NCBI GenBank assembly: GCA_964247135.1
Contig: CAXTTL010000031.1
Span: 1 to 24,542 of the forward strand
DNA from: an uncultured Deinococcales bacterium
GTDB lineage: Bacteria; Deinococcota; Deinococci; Deinococcales; JAAFIG01
Length of the DNA stretch: 24,542 nucleotides
Direction: 5' to 3'
Positions 8,906 through 18,688 of the stretch are shown in pieces. The notes beneath the pieces were generated by a model. The model was given only the letters and a program-made list of their open reading frames with translations. It made no database searches and was not told the origin of the DNA. Made by a program: the position numbers and the translations under genes. Position 1 is the stretch's first letter. Each line of letters begins with the position of its first letter.

Positions 8906-8941
8906 GCGACCATGCTGTGAGGTGCGTTTTATGGTCAAGAA
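8906..8941. mobile_element. Miniature inserted element, short (36-bp) form, within a degenerate GTAG-REP-like hairpin
   Basis: GCGACCATGC-TGTG-AGGTGCGTTTTATGGTCAAGAA. The flanks join as GTAGGGGCGCT|GCTTGCTGCACCCT. Confidence 0.65.
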
Positions 8942-9059
8942 GCTTGCTGCACCCTCAGTAACGGCGACTGGTTTACCTTGAGTTTGCAAAAAGTTCTTTG
9001 TTTGGTCGAGGTTAATTAATGAACGGGCAAACCCACACTTTTGATCACTCGAGAAACTT

Positions 9060-9530
9060 GTGACATTTACTTTACTGAATTTAAAACAAGGCATTATTTT
9101 GTTCTGGGCGCTGTACATGAGCCTGGTCGTGATTTTAAATCTTTTTGACGCACTCAAAACCGTCAAACTTTTACCGCCAAACTGGAAATTCTCGAGCGGC
9201 AATTTTTGGTTTATCGAACAGGTCACCAAAATGTACAGCACGCCAACTTGGATCAACGGCGTGTTGTTCGCAGGGGCAATCGTTTGGGAGATCGTGAACA
9301 CTGTCATGCTCTGGGCGGCGCTTGCCACATTTGACGGCTCGAGTTATGCCAGCGCCAACAGCGCGTTGATTGTCGGCTTGGCGCTCTGGGCAGCATTCAT
9401 GGTGATTGACGAATTTTTTCTGGCGTGGTCGGTGGCAATCGGCAATTCCAACGCGATGGAAGGACATCGAAGCTTATTCTTGACCTGGTTGGTCTGCCTG
9501 ATAGCAATCAACGTACTGCCCAACATTTAA
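9060..9530 (+). CDS. Small integral membrane protein of unknown function (about 4 TM)
   Basis: 156-aa ORF with about four hydrophobic segments, ending 7 nt before the creatininase gene. Confidence 0.75.
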   Translation: MTFTLLNLKQGIILFWALYMSLVVILNLFDALKTVKLLPPNWKFSSGNFWFIEQVTKMYSTPTWINGVLFAGAIVWEIVNTVMLWAALATFDGSSYASANSALIVGLALWAAFMVIDEFFLAWSVAIGNSNAMEGHRSLFLTWLVCLIAINVLPNI

Positions 9531-9537
9531 ACTCGAG

Positions 9538-10332
9538 GTGGTTTTCTTGCGTGATGAACGTTTTTTACCGAATTTAACCTGGCATGAAATCCGTGACCTC
9601 GAGAAAAACCAGGGTGTCTTGGTTTTGCCGATTGGGGCGATTGAACAACACGGTCCGCAACTGCCGACGATTACCGATGCGCTGATTGCCGAGCGCATGA
9701 CAATGCTGGCACTCGAGCGCTTAAAGCCCGAGACTCGAGTTTGGCGGCTGCCGACCCAAAGTTATGGCAAGTCCAACGAACACGCCGGTTATCCTGGCAC
9801 GTTTGCGCTATCGGCTAGCACGCTCATGGCAGTCGTGCGCGACATTGCGCTTGGCGCAAAATTGGCTGGTTTCAGGCGTTTGGCTTTTATCAATGCCCAC
9901 GGCGGAAACACCGCATTGCTGGCGATGATGGCTAGGGACATTCGGGTTGAAACCGGTTTGCTGGTCTTCACGCTGTTCTCGAGCGCGGGAGCGCAAGACC
10001 CAATTGAAATTACGCCCGAAGAGGCGAAATTCGGGATTCACGCCGGCGATTGGGAGACCAGCATTGTGTTGGCACTCGAGCCAGAGTTGGTGCACATGGA
10101 CCGCGCGGTGAAAAGCTTTCCCGATTACCCAACCTCGAGCAACCTCAGTTTGACTGGGGGAAATGCGGTCAGCGCGTGGCTCACGAGGGATTGGAGTCCG
10201 ACGGGAGTTTTTGGGGATTCGACCGTGGCTACTGTTGAAAAAGGCAAGTTGAGACTCGAGGCTTGCGTGGTGAAACTCGCGGAGGTGCTGACCGAAATCA
10301 GTAGGTTTGAAATTCCAGAGGCGAATCAGTAA
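9538..10332 (+). CDS. Creatininase-family amidohydrolase
   Basis: LPIGAIEQHGPQLP..TD, YGKSNEHAGYPGT, INAHGGN, HAGDWETS, GVFGD. Confidence 0.92.
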   Translation: MVFLRDERFLPNLTWHEIRDLEKNQGVLVLPIGAIEQHGPQLPTITDALIAERMTMLALERLKPETRVWRLPTQSYGKSNEHAGYPGTFALSASTLMAVVRDIALGAKLAGFRRLAFINAHGGNTALLAMMARDIRVETGLLVFTLFSSAGAQDPIEITPEEAKFGIHAGDWETSIVLALEPELVHMDRAVKSFPDYPTSSNLSLTGGNAVSAWLTRDWSPTGVFGDSTVATVEKGKLRLEACVVKLAEVLTEISRFEIPEANQ

Positions 10333-11513
10333 TGTTTGACCTCCTTTTAAAAAATGCGAACCTCGAGCAAGGCGTGATGGACGTGGGAATTGGTGACGGA
10401 AAAATCTCGAGCATTGCGCCAAACCTCGAGTTTCATGCCGCAAAAACCATTGACCTCGAGCGGCGATTGTTGCTGCCAGGACTCATCGAAACGCATTGTC
10501 ATATCGACAAAACCCTGACCGCCAAGCTGGTCGGGAATTCTGCTGGCACGTTGCTCGGGGCAATCGAGAATTGGATCGCCTTCAAACCTCAAATCAGCAA
10601 AAACGACTACCTCGAGCGCGGAAAAAAAGCGCTAACGATGGCGATTTCGCAGGGCACCACGACTTTAAGAACCCATGTTGACGTGGATTCAAACGGGTTT
10701 TTGGCGCTCGAGGCGGTACTCGAGTTAAAAGAATTGTTTGCCGACAAAATCACAATCCAAATCGTGGCGTTGGGCAGCCCTGAACTCGAGGTTGAAACCA
10801 TGCGCGAGGCGATGCGCCTTGGCGCTGACGTGGTTGGTGGCTGTCCCGCGATTCGGCAAGACCCAAAACTCGAGGTGGAGAATGCGCTGAAAATTGCGGC
10901 GGAATTTGGTAAACCGCTTGATTTGCACGTGGACGAGAATGATTTCAGCAACTCGCTCGAGTTTCTGGCGGATGAAGTCATCAGGCTCAAATTTGGCTTG
11001 CCTGTGATGGCTGGACATTGTTGCAGTTTGGATTTTATGTTGGAGCACGACGCGGCTCGAGTGATCGAAAAAGTGGCGAAGGCGGGAATCAGCATTGTGT
11101 CTTTGCCCGCCTGTAACCTCAATTTGCAGGGGCGCGGTCAACATCCTGTACCGCGCGGGGTGACTCGAGTCGCAGAGTTGCTTGTCGCTGGCGTGAACGT
11201 CTGTGTGGGGTCGGACAACGTGCAAGACCCTTTTCATCCAATCGGAAATTACAATTTACTCGGTGCCGCGAACCTGGCGACGATGGCGTGTCATTTAACG
11301 ACCGACACACAAATTCAGCAAACCTTTGAAATGATCTCGAGCAATGCCGCAAGGGCGTTAATCTTGCCCAAACCAGAAATCAAAGTTGGTGCGAACGCCG
11401 ATCTGATCGTGCTCGAGGCGGAATCTGCCAAGCAAGCGGTCTGCGAAATTGCGCCGTGTTATTTGACCATAAAAGCTGGAAACGTGCTCGAGAGGCGTTC
11501 ATGGACATCGTGA
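10332..11513 (+). CDS. Amidohydrolase, cytosine/pterin deaminase (CodA-like)
   Basis: HCHIDKT, LRTHVDV, DLHVDE, AGHCCSL, GSDNVQDPFHPIG: complete CodA-type metal-ligand set. Confidence 0.88.
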   Translation: MFDLLLKNANLEQGVMDVGIGDGKISSIAPNLEFHAAKTIDLERRLLLPGLIETHCHIDKTLTAKLVGNSAGTLLGAIENWIAFKPQISKNDYLERGKKALTMAISQGTTTLRTHVDVDSNGFLALEAVLELKELFADKITIQIVALGSPELEVETMREAMRLGADVVGGCPAIRQDPKLEVENALKIAAEFGKPLDLHVDENDFSNSLEFLADEVIRLKFGLPVMAGHCCSLDFMLEHDAARVIEKVAKAGISIVSLPACNLNLQGRGQHPVPRGVTRVAELLVAGVNVCVGSDNVQDPFHPIGNYNLLGAANLATMACHLTTDTQIQQTFEMISSNAARALILPKPEIKVGANADLIVLEAESAKQAVCEIAPCYLTIKAGNVLERRSWTS

Positions 11514-12763
11514 TTCGTGGTGCCAGGTTGCAAGATGGAACCATCACAGATATTGGAATAGAGGACGGTTTGATCACCCAGCTTCAACCTGAAATCGCTG
11601 GCACAGCAAAACTCGAGTTTGATGCGACCAATCAATTGGCGATTCCTGCGTTTGTGAATGGGCATCTTCACGCCTGCAAAAGTTTTTGGCGCGAGCCACT
11701 GGCAAAGCTCGAGCTAGGACAGAATTTTGATTTTACAAACATGGCTGCGAGATTTGGCGCGATCAGCGAAATCAAACGCCACTACACGCCCGAAGAGGTC
11801 GCCGCTCGAGCCGAGAAAAGCATTCTTATGGCTTTGCGTCACGGCACTTGCGCGATTCGCTTGTTTGCAGACGTGGACAGCGACGCTGGACTTCGGGCGC
11901 TCGAGGGCTTGATCAAAGTTCGAGAACAATTTCGTGAAATTTTAACCGTTCAGGTCGTGGCATTTCCGCAAAATGGGGTGTTTCGCGCTCGAGCCAGCAC
12001 CGAAAGTCTGTTGCATCAGGCGCTCGAGTTGAACATTGATGCAATTGGCGGCATTCCTTGGCTCGAGCCGAGCGAGGAATCGCAAAAAGCACACGTCGAT
12101 CTGATTCTCGAGTTGGCAAAAAAACATAATCGAGACGCGCATTTTGTGCTCGATGACACCGAAGACCCGACCTCCAGAAGCACTGAATATGTGGCGGCAA
12201 GAACCATCGAACTGGGTTTACAAACTCGAGTTCATGGCACGCAGGCAAACGCGCTGGCATATTACGATGACGGTCATGCGGCTCGGGTGATTCGACTGTT
12301 GAAGGAAGCTAAAATGACGATTTTCTCGAACGCGCATGTGGCGCTGGTAACGACCAATGTGCGCCATCAGCCAGCACCGAGGGGCATGACTCGAGTTCGT
12401 GAGCTTTTGGCGGCTGGTGTCCCCGTTGCCACCGCTCAGGACGACATTGACAACCCGTACTATCCGTTCGGGCGCAACGATTTGCTCGAGGTGGCGCAGT
12501 ACATGGCGCATTTGGGGCAATTTGCTTGGGGTGATGAAATTGACACTGTTCTCGAGATGGTCACGAGTGTTCCAGCCAAGGTCATGAAACTCGAGCATTA
12601 CGGTTTGGCGGTTGGTTGCAAAGCCAGTGTACAGATTTTGAACGCCACAAATTGGCGCGATGCAGTGCATTATCAAGCCGAGAAATCATTCGTGATCGTG
12701 AACGGTAAACTGGTTTCTCGAGCCTTGAGACAGCAAGAATTTTTTGGATTGGGGAAGTCATGA
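11501..12763 (+). CDS. Second CodA-like amidohydrolase with degenerate active site
   Basis: HLHACKS, QVVAFPQNG, GGIP, AQDDIDNPYYPFGRND. ATG 11501 with GAGAGG RBS overlaps the upstream stop. Confidence 0.85.
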   Translation: MDIVIRGARLQDGTITDIGIEDGLITQLQPEIAGTAKLEFDATNQLAIPAFVNGHLHACKSFWREPLAKLELGQNFDFTNMAARFGAISEIKRHYTPEEVAARAEKSILMALRHGTCAIRLFADVDSDAGLRALEGLIKVREQFREILTVQVVAFPQNGVFRARASTESLLHQALELNIDAIGGIPWLEPSEESQKAHVDLILELAKKHNRDAHFVLDDTEDPTSRSTEYVAARTIELGLQTRVHGTQANALAYYDDGHAARVIRLLKEAKMTIFSNAHVALVTTNVRHQPAPRGMTRVRELLAAGVPVATAQDDIDNPYYPFGRNDLLEVAQYMAHLGQFAWGDEIDTVLEMVTSVPAKVMKLEHYGLAVGCKASVQILNATNWRDAVHYQAEKSFVIVNGKLVSRALRQQEFFGLGKS

Positions 12764-14169
12764 ATCAACGCATCTTAACCAAACTCGAGCAGATTGTTGG
12801 CGCGAATCAAACCTTTACCGATGCTCGAATTTTAGAAACGTTTTCCAAAGACCAGTACGCGTTTTCGCCCGTGCTGCTCGAGTTGTTGCGCGACAAACGC
12901 GCCGAAGTGATGGTTGCGCCAGACTCGAGCGAACAACTGAGCGCAATTGTTTCGCTCTGCGCACTCGAGAATATTCCATTGACGGTTCGCGGCGCGGGCA
13001 GCGGCAATTATGGGCAAGCCGTGCCACTTCAAGGCGGCATTCTGGTCAGTTTGCACCGCTTCAATCAAATCCTCGAGATTGATCCAACAGCGCAAACCGC
13101 CCGAGTTCAAGCTGGGGCACGGCTCGGCAACCTCGAGCGTGAAGCCAGAAAACACGGGCTGGAGTTGCGGTTTTACCCGAGCACCTGGGCGACCGCTACG
13201 GTTGGCGGTTTCGTCGGCGGCGGCTTTGGCGGCGTGGGTTCGATTCAGTACGGCACGCTTTGGGATGGTCTGATCCTGGAAACACAAGTTTTATCGATGA
13301 CCGAAAACCCAAAGCTCGAGCGGTTGACTGGCAGCGATATTTTTGCCGTGATTCACGCCTACGGCACCACCGCGATCATGACCGAATTGACCATTCGACT
13401 TGCGCCCGCGACCAACTGGGAGGAAAGCGTTTTCTCGTTTGAGAGCCTCGAGAATGCGATTGCGTTTGCCCAAGAAATTGCCCAAGATTCGAAGCTCAAA
13501 AAGCGAGAAATTGGAATCTTTGAAGCCCCAATGTCAACTTTTTTCAAACCGCTCGAGGCGGCTGGCGGCGTGCGTGAGGGCAGAACCGCCGTGATTTTGG
13601 AACTCGAGGAACACACAAGCCCCACGCTCGAAACTCGAGCCAAAGAACTGGCTGGAACGCTCGATTACTTCAACCCGCACGCCACGTACCACCACTCGGG
13701 TTTTGCGCTTTCGGATTTTACCTGGAATAACACCACACTCTGGGCGATGAAAGCCGACAGCACTTGGACGTACACCCAAGCCAGGTTTGAGGTGGACAGG
13801 TTGCCCGAGCAAGTTCGCGCCATCAAAACCGAATTTGGCAGCGAAGTGTTGATGCACCTCGAGTTTATTCGTGAACGCATTTCTGAGGGCGGCGTGCTGG
13901 TCGCGGCAAGTTTGCCGCTCATTCGGTTTACGACCGTCGAGCGACTGTTTGAAATCCAAGCTTTTCTTGAAACCATCGGCGTCCAAGTCGCAGACCCACA
14001 CACCTTTTACTTGGATGAAGACTCGAGGTGGTCTGGTGAAGCCGTATTAAATGGCGTCACTCGGTTCAACCCCAAAGGCTTGCTGAACCCTGGCAAGTTG
14101 AAAGTGCTCGAGACTGGCGAAAACACGGTGCTCGCCAATTCTTGGTTTGGCACCACAAAAACTGTTTAA
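12760..14169 (+). CDS. FAD-binding oxidoreductase (VAO/PCMH, GlcD-like)
   Basis: RGAGSGNYGQAVP, ATVGGFVGGG, HAYGTTAIMTE, C-terminal NPKGLLNPGK. ATGA overlap with the previous gene. Confidence 0.9.
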   Translation: MNQRILTKLEQIVGANQTFTDARILETFSKDQYAFSPVLLELLRDKRAEVMVAPDSSEQLSAIVSLCALENIPLTVRGAGSGNYGQAVPLQGGILVSLHRFNQILEIDPTAQTARVQAGARLGNLEREARKHGLELRFYPSTWATATVGGFVGGGFGGVGSIQYGTLWDGLILETQVLSMTENPKLERLTGSDIFAVIHAYGTTAIMTELTIRLAPATNWEESVFSFESLENAIAFAQEIAQDSKLKKREIGIFEAPMSTFFKPLEAAGGVREGRTAVILELEEHTSPTLETRAKELAGTLDYFNPHATYHHSGFALSDFTWNNTTLWAMKADSTWTYTQARFEVDRLPEQVRAIKTEFGSEVLMHLEFIRERISEGGVLVAASLPLIRFTTVERLFEIQAFLETIGVQVADPHTFYLDEDSRWSGEAVLNGVTRFNPKGLLNPGKLKVLETGENTVLANSWFGTTKTV

Positions 14170-15032
14170 CGGTACTCGAGCTTAGAGCGCAAGAACAAAT
14201 AATCTCCCGCCCGTTTGAGGCTGACCGGTTTTGAGCGCGGCGCGTTTTCTGGCGTGAACGCCACACCTTCGATCAAGCCTGGTCTGCCGCACTCAGAATT
14301 CTGTCCAATGACCACGGGCGAGAGCGTCAAAAATTCCTCGTCGATCAATTTCGCCGCCACAAACGAACCGTAGACTCGAGGTCCGCCCTCGCAGAGTAAG
14401 GTTTTGACCTGGTAATCGTGATGCAAAACTTGCACCACACGTCGCAAATCCACGCGATCAGTGCCAACTTCGGGCAAGTCAACTTTGGCAGCGACACCCT
14501 CGAGGTTCTTGGCGCGTTCACGCCCTCTTGCGGTGGTGAAAATGACAACCTGCAAGTCAGCTCGAGCGAACACGGGCAAACTCGGATCAAATTCCCCCTC
14601 GAGAGACAAAAACGTTTGCAAGGGATTGGGCGCAAGTCCAAAACTCGAGCGCAGGTCGTCGAAGGCAGTTTCGCTCGGACAAATGTACTGGTGCGTCCAG
14701 ATGTGATCTGGTTCGATTTTCAGCGTGACATCGCCGACGATCACCGCATCGGCTCGGGTTCGCAGCAAACCCATCATCCATTGGTCGTGAAAGTTAAAGT
14801 TTGATACCTCTCCCCCACTGGATTGTCCTGGCATGGCAAACGAAATTCGTCCATCTCGAGATTGCACAAAATTGGAATAGGTGTACGGACGATCTGTCGG
14901 CGCATCGAACAGCCAGTCGCCGCCGTATGCAAGCCTGAATGCCTCTGGAAGCTTTGACGAGCTTGGATGGAAGTTTGTAGGCTCGAGCAATGATTGAAAC
15001 GGGTTTACGGCAGTGATGGCAACAGGCTGCAT
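14166..15032 (-). CDS. RibD C-terminal domain / dihydrofolate-reductase-family protein
   Basis: NFVQSRDGRI, LRTRADAVIVG, LLCEGGPRVYGSF, IDEEFLTLSP. Start chosen at MQPV (track start 15077). Confidence 0.85.
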   Translation of the reverse strand: MQPVAITAVNPFQSLLEPTNFHPSSSKLPEAFRLAYGGDWLFDAPTDRPYTYSNFVQSRDGRISFAMPGQSSGGEVSNFNFHDQWMMGLLRTRADAVIVGDVTLKIEPDHIWTHQYICPSETAFDDLRSSFGLAPNPLQTFLSLEGEFDPSLPVFARADLQVVIFTTARGRERAKNLEGVAAKVDLPEVGTDRVDLRRVVQVLHHDYQVKTLLCEGGPRVYGSFVAAKLIDEEFLTLSPVVIGQNSECGRPGLIEGVAFTPENAPRSKPVSLKRAGDYLFLRSKLEYR

Positions 15033-15058
15033 GAAGAATCTTAACGCAAATCCAAACC

Positions 15059-16075
15059 TTAAATTTGGGTTTGCCATGCAATATCGTTGAATTCACGCCG
15101 CAATTCGAGAATGCCAGTTTGAACCCCTCGAGATGGGTTGACGCGGTTCGTTAAAAGCACGTGAATTTGCTGGGTTTTTGGGTCAAACCAAGCGCCAGTT
15201 CCGGTAAAACCCGTGTGACCGAGCGACGTGTACGGTCCAGCATCGCCACCGCTCCAAAGCTGATGCCGCATCACCCAGCCAAAGGCTCGAGCATCACTTT
15301 CTGATCGGGCAATTTCTGTTGCCATCAACTCGAGCATCTGTGTTCCAATGACGCGTCCCTCGAGCAAATATGCCAGGTACAAACCAACGTCTCGAGCCGT
15401 GCCAAACAAACCAGCATGACCCGAAACACCCTCGAGTGCGGACGTGTTCTCGTCATGAACTGATCCAACGATCAAACCGCCGCGTTCAGGTACAAATTCC
15501 GTCGGCGCACAGTTGGCAATTTCTGGGTGATACGTTAATTTTAAGCCGAGCGGTGCGAACAATTCGTTTCGGGCGACAATGTCCAACCTCGCGCCGTACA
15601 GTTGCTCGAGAAGGTAGGTCAGCGCTATAAAACCTTGATCAGAATACAAAATCTCTCGAGACTCACGTATAGGTTCGGTCAAGGCTTTCTCGAGCGCTGC
15701 CTGACGTGGCAAATTCCAAAAACGCAATCTCGAGAGCGCCTCTAAACCCGAAGTGTGCGAAACCAACTCGAGGATATTGCTGTTTTCGAGCGGAAAGCCT
15801 TTGACCTCGGGCAGCATCTCCAACAAGGGCGCAGCGGGATCAAGTCTCCCCCGTTCGATCAATTTTAAAAGCAGTGGCACGGTCACCAGCACTTTGGTCA
15901 AACTCGCCAGGTCATAAACAGTCTCGAGCGTCACCTCTTTTGAATCTGTTTGGCTCGAGAGACGTCCAAAACTGGCGAACTCGAGGTTTGAACCAAATCC
16001 CAAAGCAGCACTTGCTCCAGGAATTGGACCAGCCTTGATGGCATTCTTTACAAGCTCAAACGCAGGGTTCATCAT
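15059..16075 (-). CDS. Serine hydrolase, beta-lactamase/esterase family
   Basis: SxxK (DLASLTK), HTSGL, YSDQG, GSVHDEN, GHAGLF, GHTGFTGT, LLTNR. Confidence 0.9.
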   Translation of the reverse strand: MMNPAFELVKNAIKAGPIPGASAALGFGSNLEFASFGRLSSQTDSKEVTLETVYDLASLTKVLVTVPLLLKLIERGRLDPAAPLLEMLPEVKGFPLENSNILELVSHTSGLEALSRLRFWNLPRQAALEKALTEPIRESREILYSDQGFIALTYLLEQLYGARLDIVARNELFAPLGLKLTYHPEIANCAPTEFVPERGGLIVGSVHDENTSALEGVSGHAGLFGTARDVGLYLAYLLEGRVIGTQMLELMATEIARSESDARAFGWVMRHQLWSGGDAGPYTSLGHTGFTGTGAWFDPKTQQIHVLLTNRVNPSRGVQTGILELRREFNDIAWQTQI

Positions 16076-16163
16076 CTCGAGCCTACCGCAAACCAGCACA
16101 ACACGGTATAGTTCTGTGCTCAACTATTCACCCGAGAGACACTTGGGTTTTGGAGGAAAACAC

Positions 16164-16460
16164 ATGTACGAATTGCTCTTATTAACCAAATCAGGACGTG
16201 AAATTGCGATGGGTCAAGCCGAAAACAAAGACGAGGCACAGAATCTGGCAAATGCCGCCGTGCAACTCTTGGGCGGACTTAAAACCGCGCAGGAACTGAA
16301 CAACGTCATGATCATCAACTCTGGACCAAACGTTTACTTTATTGTGCCCAGCGAAATTGAAGGCATCAGCCTGTTCCATGTTGAGGAAACGCCGCTGAAC
16401 GTCAACATTCAAGAGATGGTTGGCAAAGCGCTCGAGGATGCGCAAAAGCCACAAGCTTAA
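16164..16460 (+). CDS. Small hypothetical protein (98 aa)
   Basis: GGAGG RBS, ATG 16164, followed by a terminator. Confidence 0.7.
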   Translation: MYELLLLTKSGREIAMGQAENKDEAQNLANAAVQLLGGLKTAQELNNVMIINSGPNVYFIVPSEIEGISLFHVEETPLNVNIQEMVGKALEDAQKPQA

Positions 16461-16474
16461 ATTTTAATTTGGAT

Positions 16475-16507
16475 AAAGACGAAAGCGACTTTCGCTTTCG
16501 TCTTTTT
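16475..16507. terminator. Probable bidirectional intrinsic terminator
   Basis: AAAGACGAAAGCGA-CTT-TCGCTTTCGTCTTT 14-bp stem between convergent genes. Confidence 0.85.
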
Positions 16508-16528
16508 GTCGCTCGAGATTCGAGCAAC

Positions 16529-18517
16529 TCAACCCACATGAACCCGAGGGCGACGGCGCGGTTTTGGTTCGGACTGCCGAATGATCTCGCGGGTCATCGG
16601 GGCGGTATCACCCTCGCCGAAGAACAAGAACCTCGAGACGTTGGCGAGCGGCGTGATTTCGGACCAGGTGAAATAACAATGCGGAATCATGGTGCTGCGG
16701 TCACGCAAATACAACAAAAAGGCGGCGATGGCATTGGGCACGGCTGGCGCGGTGGCGCGGAGGACATGGTATTTGGAACCGTTCGGGCTGGCAATCTCGA
16801 CGCCTTGGACTTGCAATTTTCCGACAAATTCTGAGGCGTCAGAAATGCTGACCTCAAAAAACAAGATCGGGTCGCGTGCGTCAATATGGTGATCCTCGCG
16901 CTCGGCAAGTTCCTTATCCTGATATTCGCCCCAGTCTCCCGCTTGGCGTTTGTTGGTGATGATGTGCAATTCGGCGCAGTGATGAATGCTGTCTTGCAAA
17001 AACCCTTCGGCGGTATCATCGAGTTTGATGTCGGTAATCCGCAATTCGGTCGAACGAAAGACCCTCGAGAGGATCGAAACCAACACGATTGCCGAAATGA
17101 AAAACACGGCAATTCGGATACCATCGGGCTTTTCGATCACGTTGGTCACGGTGGTATAAATAAACACCAGCGTGATCAAAGCAAAACCAACCATCGCAAG
17201 GCGCTGCTTTTTGGCTCGAGCCGACAAAAATACGGCAATCGCGCCTGAACTCATCAAGACCAAAACGCCTGTCGCATAAGCGCCGCCTTGGGCATCGACA
17301 TCGGCACGGAACACCAAGGTGACCACAAAAGCGATCAAGACAAACAATAGCGTCAATGGACGGTTGGCTTTCGCCCATTCTGGAGCCATGCCGTAACGCG
17401 GCAAATAGCGCGGCACGAGGTTGAGCAACGCCGCCATCGCACTCGCACCGGCAAACCACAAAATGGTCACAGTGCTGATGTCATAGACCGTACCAAAACC
17501 GTTGCCGAAAAATTGGTACGCCAAAAACGCCAGCGCACGTCCGTTGGCACTGCCACCCTGTTGAAATTCGGCGGCAGGAATGTGAAGCGTGGTGACAAAG
17601 CTCGAGGCAATCAAAAAGACGCTCATGATGAGGGCAGCGGTGGTCAGCAATTTTTTGGTGTTGCGAATCCGTCCGAGCGGGTTGAGAGGGTCTTCGTTTT
17701 TACCGCCTTTGATGATTGGCATGACCGCGACACCCGTCTCAAACCCCGAAAGCCCGAGCGCCAGTTTAGGAAACGCCAAAATTGCAAAGCCCAAAATCAA
17801 AAACGGATTGCTGCTGCGGGTGTTCAAACCCGCGATCCAATTGTTCCACTCGAGCGGCTGCTGGAAAAGCTCGAGAATTCCTCGGGCAATCACGATGCTG
17901 TTGAGGCTCAAGTACACGACCACCAAAACCACGGCAATACCGACGGCTTCCTTAAAACCTTTTAAGAACACCGCGCCCAACAAGGCAATTAAGCCAAGCG
18001 TGATGCCGATTTGCATTGCAAACGAACCATCGGAATGAAAGGCTTGTTTGAAAAAAGGATTTTCGATCACGTGCGCCGCCGCATCTGCCGCCGAGAGCGT
18101 GATCGTGATGACAAAATCGGTTGCCGCGAAACCCAAAAGTGCCAGCACAAACAATTTGCCCGCCCAAAATCCAAGCAGTCGCTCGAGCATCGAAATTGAA
18201 CCGTTGCCAAAAGGACTTTCTGACGCGACCCGCAAGTACACTGGCAAGGCAGCAAAAAGCGTGACCAAAACCAAAATCATGGTGGCGATTGGGGACAAAA
18301 CCCCAGCCGCCAACGCCGCAATGCTGGGTTGATAACCGAGTGAGGAAAAATAATCCACACCGGTCAAACAAACCACTTTCCACCAAGATTCTTGGTGATG
18401 CGCTTTCTGATGCGACACATTACCGTCGCCCGAGGCACCTGTGTTTTCAGTTTTCGATTCGCCCTCGAGCAGCCAGTCTTTGATGCGGTGGTTATTGCCG
18501 GTTGGAGTGGAAGACAT
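16529..18517 (-). CDS. APC-superfamily (amino acid-type) transporter with soluble C-terminal domain
   Basis: [30 protein letters not shown], about 12 TM helices. Substrate not assignable. Confidence 0.82.
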   Translation of the reverse strand: MSSTPTGNNHRIKDWLLEGESKTENTGASGDGNVSHQKAHHQESWWKVVCLTGVDYFSSLGYQPSIAALAAGVLSPIATMILVLVTLFAALPVYLRVASESPFGNGSISMLERLLGFWAGKLFVLALLGFAATDFVITITLSAADAAAHVIENPFFKQAFHSDGSFAMQIGITLGLIALLGAVFLKGFKEAVGIAVVLVVVYLSLNSIVIARGILELFQQPLEWNNWIAGLNTRSSNPFLILGFAILAFPKLALGLSGFETGVAVMPIIKGGKNEDPLNPLGRIRNTKKLLTTAALIMSVFLIASSFVTTLHIPAAEFQQGGSANGRALAFLAYQFFGNGFGTVYDISTVTILWFAGASAMAALLNLVPRYLPRYGMAPEWAKANRPLTLLFVLIAFVVTLVFRADVDAQGGAYATGVLVLMSSGAIAVFLSARAKKQRLAMVGFALITLVFIYTTVTNVIEKPDGIRIAVFFISAIVLVSILSRVFRSTELRITDIKLDDTAEGFLQDSIHHCAELHIITNKRQAGDWGEYQDKELAEREDHHIDARDPILFFEVSISDASEFVGKLQVQGVEIASPNGSKYHVLRATAPAVPNAIAAFLLYLRDRSTMIPHCYFTWSEITPLANVSRFLFFGEGDTAPMTREIIRQSEPKPRRRPRVHVG

Positions 18518-18688
18518 AAACGCCTGATTCTGGTACTTGAAGATTCAATTGTCAAGACGTTTTTTACCTTATTTGGTTTGAGTTCGGATGTATTAAGGTT
18601 TAACTTGTCTAGGGTTGTTGCAAAAAAATTCGAGCAATCTTAACAGCACCTTGGTAAAGCCTTGCACCCAGCTTGATATCCTTTGCAG

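Noticed and set aside
8718-9328. ORFs 8718-8981(+) and 8882-9328(-)
   Set aside because: They translate repeat sequence or are antisense to the membrane-protein gene; the VRFMVKK shared with the 1067 ORF is just the DNA element.
11463-11474. TTGACCATAAAA, a 12-bp match to the reverse complement of the mini-element
   Set aside because: Lies in frame in an intact coding region (YLTIKAG) with no other element sequence; probably chance.
15059-16075. True beta-lactam resistance gene
   Set aside because: Motifs fit the broad serine hydrolase/esterase/amidase group; nothing supports beta-lactamase activity specifically.
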